Part shown: piece after piece, positions 13,111 to 20,639 of the stretch
Layout of the letters: each line of letters starts with the position of its first letter
Numbering within the stretch: position 1 is the stretch's first letter
Assembly (NCBI GenBank): GCA_943331105.2
Contig: CALQKH020000010.1
Span: 130,298 to 162,297, forward strand
Direction of reading: 5' to 3'
From: Akkermansia muciniphila
Lineage (GTDB): Bacteria; Pseudomonadota; Gammaproteobacteria; Burkholderiales; Burkholderiaceae_C
Length of the DNA: 32,000 nucleotides
Notes under the pieces: generated by a model
What the model saw: the letters and a program-made list of their open reading frames with translations, nothing else
Databases searched by the model: none
What the model was told of the DNA's origin: nothing
Position numbers and translations under genes: made by a program

Positions 13111-14403
13111 ATGACGCAGCCACCGCAAAAGCCCCAGTATTTAGACAGCCAGCGACATGCGGATGGGCAAAATTCTGCGTTTCAAAACACCACCCTCCGT
13201 TCGTTTCTCACAGCCCTCCAACCCGCACAGCCCAAAGCCATTTACTTGCGAGACGGCGAAGTTGTTTTGTATCGCCGTAGCCGCAGTTTGCTGTACCAGT
13301 GTCGCTACCGATTGGCTGACGGCAGTTGGACGAGACAGACGACGGGCAAAGCCGCTTTAGAACACGCCATTGCCCGTGCTTGCGACATCTACGACGAAGC
13401 CAGATACCGACAACGGCTGGGTTTAGCACACCAAGCACACTCTGTCGCACAGATTGCGGCTATTTGCTGTGTTGACTTGCGGCAGCAGATTGACGCGAAG
13501 GGCAAGAAGACGGCGTTGAATGACTATCTAAGCATCATCGAACGCTACTTCGTGCCTTACTTTGGGGAGCGTCAGTTGGAGACATTGACGCACACGGACA
13601 TACGGGAGTTTGAACTGTGGCGAGATAGGCAAATGACACGCCGTCCCAAAACATCAACACTCAACAACTTCACAAGTGCTTGGAGCCGTGTGATTGAAAC
13701 GGCAGTAAGTCGTGGCTACATCTCAGAGCGTGTGCCAGTACCCAAACTCACCAGCAAAGGCGAGAAGGGCAAAACACGCCCAGCGTTCAGCAAGGAAGAA
13801 ATTGATGTGTTGTTGGAGTTTATAGAAGGGTGGAGCCAGCAAGGCAGGCTGGCTGTAGAACGCGAGATACGCCCGCTGTTGCGTGACTATGTGGAGATGT
13901 TGCTTTACACGGGTATGCGGCACGGTACGGAGGCAATGGGCATACGGTGGCGGGATTTGGAGTGGCACACAAAGGATGGTGTGCGGTATTTGCGAGTGTG
14001 GGTAGATGGCAAAACCGGCGGGCGTTGGTTGATTGCCAAGCACAAGGCAGTAGATGTGCTGCGTAGGCTACACGCGAGGCAGAAGGACATTTGCGAACTG
14101 TCGTTTGAAACGACATTCGCAGAGCGGGTGCCTCACAAGTTGTTCAGGTTCAGTGACGGCTATCAACCACCCAGTTTGAACGGCACATTCAGGCGGCTGA
14201 TGCGAGATACAGGTTTGCTGAAGAACGAGGACGGGCAGACACGCACTCTGTATTCGTTGCGGCACACCTACGCCACCTTTGAACTACTACGAAGTGGCAC
14301 TGACATACACACGCTCAGCAAGCAGATGGGCAACTCTGCGGCAATGATTGAACGGCACTACTCAAAGTTGACGGCAACTATGGCAGCGGATAAGCTTGCT
14401 TGA
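13111..14403 (+). CDS. Tyrosine-type site-specific integrase
   Basis: 430 aa. Catalytic-domain motifs LYTGMRHGTEAMGIRWRDL (Arg I), LYSLRHTYATFELL (H-x-x-R region) and MIERHYSKL (Tyr nucleophile). It is adjacent to the tRNA att site. Confidence 0.9.
   Translation: MTQPPQKPQYLDSQRHADGQNSAFQNTTLRSFLTALQPAQPKAIYLRDGEVVLYRRSRSLLYQCRYRLADGSWTRQTTGKAALEHAIARACDIYDEARYRQRLGLAHQAHSVAQIAAICCVDLRQQIDAKGKKTALNDYLSIIERYFVPYFGERQLETLTHTDIREFELWRDRQMTRRPKTSTLNNFTSAWSRVIETAVSRGYISERVPVPKLTSKGEKGKTRPAFSKEEIDVLLEFIEGWSQQGRLAVEREIRPLLRDYVEMLLYTGMRHGTEAMGIRWRDLEWHTKDGVRYLRVWVDGKTGGRWLIAKHKAVDVLRRLHARQKDICELSFETTFAERVPHKLFRFSDGYQPPSLNGTFRRLMRDTGLLKNEDGQTRTLYSLRHTYATFELLRSGTDIHTLSKQMGNSAAMIERHYSKLTATMAADKLA
14099..14115. 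repeat. Island palindrome copy 0: tgtcgtt-tga-aacgaca (inside the integrase CDS)
   Basis: Exact 7-3-7 palindrome read directly from the sequence. Confidence 0.9.
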
Positions 14404-14586
14404 GGCTTCCTTCAAGAAAAATCAATTTATCTCATACAAAACTGTGCTGTGTACTAGCAAACGGGCACAGCAAGTTAATACTTTTTAATCATAACTTGCA
14501 TAAATGAAAAAATTCAGCAAAAATGACATCTTTGCATATCCATGTCGGAGTTTTACAGCTTTATGAGCTGGGAAGGTTAGTAAATA

Positions 14587-16368
14587 ATGCCCTTTGAAAA
14601 AATACTAATCGCGCTAATCCGAAATACCAAATCAATTAAAGCGTTATTTTTTACCATAATTTTTTTATTGAATGCAAATTGTTATGCTCAATATATCCTA
14701 GATGACTCATTAATTGTGGGAGATAAGATTGAAGGTGTTGTAAAAATTAAAGATAACTCATCTAACAATGCGAAAATTCTAATGATTCCATTGCCGGATG
14801 GGCAGTGGAATATTCGTAAAATAGAAAGGCAAAAAGCATCTTTTTTTATAAAAGAGAATAGCATAATATACTTGGATAAAATAGAAAATAATTATGTACT
14901 TGAGTCAATCACTATTGATGTCAAGCTAACAAATAGCCCCAATTATTGCAAGCTTTATGAAAATGCTACTTATTTGAATTTGGTGTCACGGCACAGTAAT
15001 ATTTCTGATAATGCATCAGATTGTCAGGCTCTACAATTTTCCAAATCATTAAACTCCACAAATCGATTGGCTAATGAATTCAAAAAGGCGTGGACGAAAT
15101 CTGGAATTGATTGGACTGATGAGCAATATATATTAACGCATATTTATAACAGAATTCAAAATAATCAGATAATTATTTTATATTCAGCTTATATTTCTAA
15201 ACATTCAATCGCTAAAGACTGGGACTCTACCGAGCAAAATAGTAAACTGAGAAAGTGGGCCAATATCTACTATCAAACGATGATTGCAGCAATCACCAAT
15301 GATTCCAAAAGTTTAGAAAAAATATCATCATTAAGTCATCAAATAGATTCTAGATTTAAAGACCATCTTAAGTTGGTTGAAAGCGCTGCAGTGGCATTAA
15401 GCTTGAATACGGAGTCTATTGATCAAAAATTAAACTTTAATAACAACCCTTCTGTCAAACCCGATAGCTTAACGACGAACTCCAATGAGAATTATTCAGT
15501 ACCGCTGCAAACGAGCCCATCTTCTACCGCTAAGATTGATGCATTCACTCTACATGTCCCTTCGAATATTACAGAGCTAGTCAGCCCCAATCCTCAAGTG
15601 CTCTCTATTGACATTAGTACGCTTAAAAAACAGCAAAACGAGGCTGAGAAAGGAGGAGTAAACATAAAAAGTTCGAGACTTCACCAGGGATTGGCAAATG
15701 ATGACTTAAACAAACACATAAACTCATCCCGGATGAATCCCTCAACCAACTCGATGCAAGGTTTCAGCTCGAAAGAAATTAGCACTACAACCCACGTCGA
15801 ACAATCGATTCGCACTAATGCGGATAAGTCTATATCAGAAAATAAAAGTGTCAATCAGCACCGTCAGTCGATTCCTCAAGATTCAAAGGAAAAATACCAA
15901 CAACAAGTCGACGCGACTGAAGCTATAATGCAAAGCGGGAAAATATATCATTGTCTGCCAGGATATATTCTTGCCCTGCACCAAAATAAAATTAACTTTG
16001 CAGAAAAATGGAAGCTAAGAGTTAATAAACAAGAAAAAATTCCAGAAAAATTTAATGGTAGAAATAATGATGAGCTAGTTATTACTGAAGCTTGCTATGA
16101 GAATGAAAGGGCTCAATATTGGTGGGATAGTAATGTTAAAATTACCAGCAAAGGATATCATACAAGTTTAACTTCATGCGGAGATAAAATCGTATTTGTA
16201 GAAAGCGATACGAATAACAAAGGGCGTCCGACACTGTTTTTAAAAAGCCCTGGAAGGAATGCTGAAGTTTTGAGAGCAACTTGCTTTCCCGTTAATCAAT
16301 GCGAAAATCTGCCGCCTGGGCCATTTGTTAATTACGTAGCTAGCAAGTCTCTATGTCATAAAAGATAA
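14587..16368 (+). CDS. Secreted or membrane-anchored protein of unknown function, Asn/Ser/Lys-rich
   Basis: The 593-aa ORF in very AT-rich DNA is far too long to occur by chance at this composition. ggaagg lies 10 nt upstream of the ATG. Signal-like segment ALFFTIIFLLNANCYA. The C-terminal domain carries conserved cysteines. Confidence 0.6.
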   Translation: MPFEKILIALIRNTKSIKALFFTIIFLLNANCYAQYILDDSLIVGDKIEGVVKIKDNSSNNAKILMIPLPDGQWNIRKIERQKASFFIKENSIIYLDKIENNYVLESITIDVKLTNSPNYCKLYENATYLNLVSRHSNISDNASDCQALQFSKSLNSTNRLANEFKKAWTKSGIDWTDEQYILTHIYNRIQNNQIIILYSAYISKHSIAKDWDSTEQNSKLRKWANIYYQTMIAAITNDSKSLEKISSLSHQIDSRFKDHLKLVESAAVALSLNTESIDQKLNFNNNPSVKPDSLTTNSNENYSVPLQTSPSSTAKIDAFTLHVPSNITELVSPNPQVLSIDISTLKKQQNEAEKGGVNIKSSRLHQGLANDDLNKHINSSRMNPSTNSMQGFSSKEISTTTHVEQSIRTNADKSISENKSVNQHRQSIPQDSKEKYQQQVDATEAIMQSGKIYHCLPGYILALHQNKINFAEKWKLRVNKQEKIPEKFNGRNNDELVITEACYENERAQYWWDSNVKITSKGYHTSLTSCGDKIVFVESDTNNKGRPTLFLKSPGRNAEVLRATCFPVNQCENLPPGPFVNYVASKSLCHKR

Positions 16369-16404
16369 TTTTAGACAATAAAGCCATAAAGAAAGATTTC
16401 AGCG

Positions 16405-17271
16405 ATGGAAAATAGAAAGAGCTTTGCAATTGCTGCTTTTACATTGGTAATTTTATTCGCTATAAAATCGGCATCTGCTGAAACTTGGGAAAATTTTCTT
16501 TCAAAGCAGTCTAAAGAATTCAAGGAGAATATCGTTAAGGTAAATAAATTGATAGAAAAAGACAAGGTGCTGGCAAAGAGTTTTTCTGATATGAGAGGTG
16601 AGTATGCAAAATTATTGAGAAATCCAAAAATTGATAAACAATTGCTACTTCAGATAATGGATAATTTTAAATTTAGCCTTTATCAATGTGCATATGATGA
16701 TGCTGACTGCGTATTGGATGTTGTGCTTAGCATTTCCACCACCTTTAGGCTTAATAATTTAAATAATTCTCAGTGGAGTCCTCTGAATTATGTTCGGCCA
16801 TCATATAATAATCATGAATCAATTTATGATGAATATTATTCAAAGCTTAAAGAAAAAACCATAGCAGCTGAAAAACAGATTTCCAAAGCAATTAAAGAAG
16901 AAGAAATTAATAGAGCAGCAACCCTATATTCTTGTGAGCTTAAGTTTGCAACACTCAATTTTCTTATAGGAAATGATGGGATGGTTAAAATTCCAAGTTT
17001 TAAATTTAAAAGAGAGTCCAGCTCCTATGAACAATGCTACCTGCCCGGAACGCTTAAGACATCTCGAGCTTATCCGTTTAAGACTGACGGAAATAAGTAC
17101 ACATGGAAAGGAGACGATAAATTTATATCATATGAACTTGTAAAATCAGATTCTTCGAACTCATCGAAGAGTTTTCTTTACTGGGAAAATACTGACAAAA
17201 TGTCTAATCCGACGGGACTGCACAGGGGGGCATGTCGAATTATAGATGAGTGTCCATCATCATTGAGGTGA
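16405..17271 (+). CDS. Secreted protein of unknown function; its C-terminal Cys pattern resembles the preceding gene
   Basis: 288-aa ORF in AT-rich DNA. Signal peptide FAIAAFTLVILFAIKSASA. It starts 37 nt after the previous gene. Confidence 0.6.
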   Translation: MENRKSFAIAAFTLVILFAIKSASAETWENFLSKQSKEFKENIVKVNKLIEKDKVLAKSFSDMRGEYAKLLRNPKIDKQLLLQIMDNFKFSLYQCAYDDADCVLDVVLSISTTFRLNNLNNSQWSPLNYVRPSYNNHESIYDEYYSKLKEKTIAAEKQISKAIKEEEINRAATLYSCELKFATLNFLIGNDGMVKIPSFKFKRESSSYEQCYLPGTLKTSRAYPFKTDGNKYTWKGDDKFISYELVKSDSSNSSKSFLYWENTDKMSNPTGLHRGACRIIDECPSSLR

Positions 17272-17545
17272 GTGCTATATAATTTATAGACATTGAAACC
17301 GGTAATTATTTAAATATTAACCGCAGAGCACCCAAATCGGCTGCGTTAATTCGTTGCTTGCGACTATAAACTATCGTTACTCAGTGTTAAATTTATTGCC
17401 GCTATTTCTTATATAATAATACCTATGATCCTTATGTCATGATGAGCTATTTTAAAAATTAATATAAGTTACGAATTTACACCAGCGACCAAGGGATTGA
17501 CATAATCTTATCTTAATTGGTATATGGTGGAAATCAGTCAGGAAG

Positions 17546-17574
17546 AAAAAAGCCCGCTCAATGGCGGGCTTTTT
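17546..17574. terminator. Bidirectional rho-independent terminator
   Basis: aaaaa-agcccgc-tcaatg-gcgggct-tttt. A 7-bp GC-rich stem is flanked by an A-run and a T-run. It closes the leftward ATPase operon and the rightward AT-rich cassette. Confidence 0.75.
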
Positions 17575-17580
17575 GTATGG

Positions 17581-17597
17581 TGTCGTTCAAAACGACA
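17581..17597. repeat. Island palindrome copy 1: tgtcgtt-caa-aacgaca (between the terminator and the ATPase stop codon)
   Basis: Exact 7-3-7 palindrome read directly from the sequence. Confidence 0.9.
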
Positions 17598-17602
17598 TTG
17601 TT

Positions 17603-18268
17603 TTAAGGGGTGCTGGCACTCTGCTTGCGGCGGGCAAGGCGTTTGACACGGCTCATCACTTCACGCATTGAGCCATTGGCAGCGGCAATCTCAGCCGTCA
17701 ATTCAGTGTCGTTTAAAACGACATTCAAATCCGCAGCCACCTTGCGGGCAATGGGCAGCAGTTGCCCCGTGCTGGCAGCGTTCATTTCAACCAAAACGCA
17801 CCTGTCTTTGAGTCCTTTGTCCAACGACGAAATGTTGTTGGTTGTGAGAATGAAGATGGCACGCTTGGTGTTCATAACTGACTTGAGACTTTGCTGTGCC
17901 AGTTTTGACAGGTTATCCACCTCGTCCAAAACAAAGTAGTGCAAGCCACTGGCATTAAGAGAGCTCTTGCTCAGCTGCTTATCCAGCAAGGTTGTCACTT
18001 GAGGGCCATTAAATCCTTGCTGGCAGGCAATGAACTCTTCAGGCATAGCCAACTCTTTCCCTGTTCGTCCCATTTCGATACATTCAGGCAGCATCTTTGC
18101 GAGCGTGGTTTTGCCAGTGCCAAAGGCGCCGTAAAGCAGAATGCCGCACTTGCCATTGTCAGGCAGTTTCTCAAAGCTGCAAATGATGTCCTCAATGCGC
18201 AGGTAAGATTCTTCGTTGCCGTAGATGATGTCAAACGGCGTGGTAGGTGTGTAATCAATGGAAGTCAT
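17603..18268 (-). CDS. Clamp-loader (RFC / gp44 / delta-prime)-like AAA+ ATPase, 221 aa, without a collar domain
   Basis: Walker A GAFGTGKTT. Walker B FVLDEVDNL followed by AQQSL. Sensor-1 ILTTNN. SRC-like motif KDRC. GSMREV resembles the RFC GDMR box. The start is placed at ATG 18268 because of the RBS aaagga 6-7 nt upstream; the longer ORF reaching 18343 has no RBS. Confidence 0.8.
   Translation of the reverse strand: MTSIDYTPTTPFDIIYGNEESYLRIEDIICSFEKLPDNGKCGILLYGAFGTGKTTLAKMLPECIEMGRTGKELAMPEEFIACQQGFNGPQVTTLLDKQLSKSSLNASGLHYFVLDEVDNLSKLAQQSLKSVMNTKRAIFILTTNNISSLDKGLKDRCVLVEMNAASTGQLLPIARKVAADLNVVLNDTELTAEIAAANGSMREVMSRVKRLARRKQSASTP
17707..17723. repeat. Island palindrome copy 2: tgtcgttt-a-aaacgaca (inside the ATPase CDS, read as VVLND)
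   Basis: Exact 8-1-8 palindrome. It is part of the 23-bp repeat 17707-17729. Confidence 0.9.
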
Positions 18269-18290
18269 ATAAATCCTTTGTATAAAATAA

Positions 18291-18307
18291 TGTCGTTTTG
18301 AACGACA
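18291..18307. repeat. Island palindrome copy 3: tgtcgtt-ttg-aacgaca (5' leader of the ATPase gene)
   Basis: Exact palindrome 23 nt upstream of the ATPase start codon. A 7-bp hairpin acagggc/gccctgt lies beside it at 18313-18334. Confidence 0.9.
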
Positions 18308-18354
18308 GATAAACAGGGCAGTGAGCAGCCCTGTGCTGCCCACTTGCCTATTAA

Positions 18355-19083
18355 TTACGCAGCTTTCTTTTGCTCTGCGTAAAGGGCGGCAAAGGCGGCA
18401 TTGACTGCCCCGCCAGCCCGTGTAAAGCCACGCACAACAAAAGCACCTTCTGCGTTTTGTTCAGCAATCAGCAGGCAGCAATCACCCATAAACTCGCCGT
18501 CAGCCAGCAGAGACAGTGCCTCTGATTTCACAGTAGCCAGTTCAGGCATACATTCAAACTGCTGTTTCGCTGTTGCTGCTTTAATTTTGGGTTTGATGAA
18601 GGTGGCACTTTGGCTGAGGCGGATTTCTTGTATGCCGCCGTTCTGCTCAATCCACTCTGCCAGTTGTGTCGCCATAACCTTTTGCTTGATGGCTTCACGC
18701 AGTACCAGTGAGTAGGTGCTGAGGCGGCGTCTGTCCACCGCACCAAACACAGCCTTTACAACACGGGTGGCAGGTGAAGCGTCTTTCTTGTAGGAGTAGC
18801 CACGCAGTTTGTAGAAGGCTTCCAAACCAGCGTTGCGTTGCTTGGCAAGTTCAGGCGTGTCCGCTTGGGCAATGGCAAGGCATTTGGCAAGCACGGCATA
18901 CAGAGCCAGGTTGCTGGTGCGGTAAACGCCTTCTTCCCAAACAACACGCTGAGTTTCCAAATCTGCCAGCACTTTAGTCAGCGGCTGGGCAACGGCAAGG
19001 GGAGTTAAAGTAATTTCGTCGTTTTGAACGACAACGGTGGAAGTGGGTTGAGCCACAAGAGACATAGCGGTAGCATTTGACAT
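18355..19083 (-). CDS. Hypothetical protein, 242 aa, first gene of the ATPase operon
   Basis: Strong RBS aaaggagaatcct before the ATG. The composition looks protein-like, with Ala/Leu-rich segments that appear helical. I recognise no family. Confidence 0.7.
   Translation of the reverse strand: MSNATAMSLVAQPTSTVVVQNDEITLTPLAVAQPLTKVLADLETQRVVWEEGVYRTSNLALYAVLAKCLAIAQADTPELAKQRNAGLEAFYKLRGYSYKKDASPATRVVKAVFGAVDRRRLSTYSLVLREAIKQKVMATQLAEWIEQNGGIQEIRLSQSATFIKPKIKAATAKQQFECMPELATVKSEALSLLADGEFMGDCCLLIAEQNAEGAFVVRGFTRAGGAVNAAFAALYAEQKKAA
19017..19033. repeat. Island palindrome copy 4: Cgtcgtt-ttg-aacgaca (16 of 17; inside the 242-aa CDS, read as VVQND)
   Basis: Read directly from the sequence; one mismatch at the first base. 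Confidence 0.8.
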
Positions 19084-19298
19084 AGGATTCTCCTTTGATT
19101 GTCAGAATTAAAGATAAAAAAGTTAAAGAAGCAGCGTCAAAGACGCAAACACTGAGCAGTGCTGAAAACGGAATAAACCGTTGATTTTTATGGAAAAATT
19201 ATCTTGAACGGTGATTCGTTTAAGATGTATCTATTGTAAATTTTTAGGCTGATTTTGAGACCAGTTATTCATAATCGTGTAATTAGAGTGTTAAACAA

Positions 19299-20033
19299 AT
19301 GAGCATTGTTTTCAAAGCCCAGCACCCCATCTTTGGGCGGGGTAAAAAGCCGTTGGGCTTGTCCTACCAACAACGCAGCCCCTACTACTGGTGGTGGGAG
19401 TTTTTGCGGCGGAATAGGGACTACGCTGACTGCTGTGCTGCTGGTGGCACGGGGGCGTTGGCAGGGCTCTACGCTGACTTTGGTGTCGTTTCAAACGACA
19501 ACTTCAAAGAGTGGTGGACAGGGCACGGGTTCCGTCTGTTTGCGGAGCAGGCAAAGCCCGTCAAACTGTTTGAACTGGATACGCCCGCTGACTGGGATAG
19601 CTGTTGGACAAAAGACGCTGTGATGGTGGTGGCTGTGCCGCTGGATATACCCAAACGCAACCTACAGGGTTTCTTTGCCCGTTTGCTCAAAGACAGGCAC
19701 GGCGGCAAGCGTGGGCGTAAGGCACTGAGTGATGCGGACGCCAGCAACGCCCGTTATCCCTTGCACCGCAATGTCAGCATCCACACTCTGCGTATTCAAC
19801 TGGCTGTCTATGACGCTGTATTGGCAGCAAGAGCCAGTCCGAAGAAAATAACGCTGGCTCAAATTGCAAAAAGTGTAGGAATCAACCCCAAATCCAACAA
19901 AAGAACAGAGGGCGAGGTGATGGATGCGGCAAGGCGGCGTTCAGTGTTGGCGGCAACTGTCAGTCGTCACTTCAAAGATGCCCAACGCATCGTTGCCAAC
20001 ACGGCAAAAGGGCAGTTTCCCAACAGTGATTGA
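19299..20033 (+). CDS. Putative transcriptional regulator with an N-terminal WWWEFLRRNRDY motif (DUF6499/FseA-like, tentative) and a C-terminal HTH-like segment
   Basis: SPYYWWWEFLRRNRDYADCC resembles the WEFLRRN..Y signature I recall from DUF6499/DUF2285 regulators of integrative elements. ITLAQIAKSVGI looks like an HTH. It is divergent from the ATPase operon across an AT-rich 215-bp region. Confidence 0.65.
   Translation: MSIVFKAQHPIFGRGKKPLGLSYQQRSPYYWWWEFLRRNRDYADCCAAGGTGALAGLYADFGVVSNDNFKEWWTGHGFRLFAEQAKPVKLFELDTPADWDSCWTKDAVMVVAVPLDIPKRNLQGFFARLLKDRHGGKRGRKALSDADASNARYPLHRNVSIHTLRIQLAVYDAVLAARASPKKITLAQIAKSVGINPKSNKRTEGEVMDAARRRSVLAATVSRHFKDAQRIVANTAKGQFPNSD
19484..19500. repeat. Island palindrome copy 5: tgtcgtt-tca-aacgaca (inside the 244-aa CDS, read as VVSND)
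   Basis: Exact 7-3-7 palindrome read directly from the sequence. Confidence 0.9.
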
Positions 20034-20036
20034 CGC

Positions 20037-20053
20037 TGTCGTTTAAAACGACA
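20037..20053. repeat. Island palindrome copy 6: tgtcgttt-a-aaacgaca (fills the 21-bp gap between convergent stop codons)
   Basis: Exact 8-1-8 palindrome. It is part of the 23-bp repeat 20037-20059. Confidence 0.9.
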
Positions 20054-20054
20054 T

Positions 20055-20639
20055 TCAAACCAACTCAACAGCACGGCGTTTGACATCGTCATTGACGGTG
20101 ACATAACGCTGGGTTGTGGCAATGCTTTTGTGTCCAGCAAGTGCGGCAAGCACGAACACTGAAACGCCCTGTGACGCAAGACTGGTTAGAAATGTCTTTC
20201 TGCCTGAATGGCTGCTGGCATTGCTCACGCCTGCTCGTTTGTAAACCCAGTAAAAGTGCTGAGCCAGTGTGTTGGGCGAAAAGTGACGGCGGGGTCCCCT
20301 GTGTGATGGGAACAATGGCAGTTCTGGTGACTTGTTGGTGCGTGTCTCAATGTAGTCTGCCAACTCTGCCTGTAAGCGGCTGTTGATGTAAATGGTGCGG
20401 GCGTGTTGGTGTTTGACGCGATGTGCTGCCAAAAAAACCTCACTACGCACAGCCCCCTTGTTGTCCAACACATCGCCCAGTGTCAGCCCAGCAACTTCGC
20501 TGACACGCAAGCCCGCAGCAACCGTCATCATCAACATTGCCCTGTTGCGTTGTGCGTAGGGTTGCGTTGCCGTGTATGCCAAAACCGTTTGTAGTTCTGC
20601 GGGTGTGAGTGATTTTGCTGCTGCCATTTCGTGCTCCAA
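20055..20639 (-). CDS. Short (194 aa) tyrosine recombinase, catalytic domain only
   Basis: RBS ggagcacgaa before the ATG. Motifs AAGLRVSEVAGLTLGDV (Arg I), SHSGRKTFLTSL (H-x-x-R) and LAGHKSIATTQRYV (His, Tyr). There is no N-terminal core-binding domain. Confidence 0.85.
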   Translation of the reverse strand: MEHEMAAAKSLTPAELQTVLAYTATQPYAQRNRAMLMMTVAAGLRVSEVAGLTLGDVLDNKGAVRSEVFLAAHRVKHQHARTIYINSRLQAELADYIETRTNKSPELPLFPSHRGPRRHFSPNTLAQHFYWVYKRAGVSNASSHSGRKTFLTSLASQGVSVFVLAALAGHKSIATTQRYVTVNDDVKRRAVELV

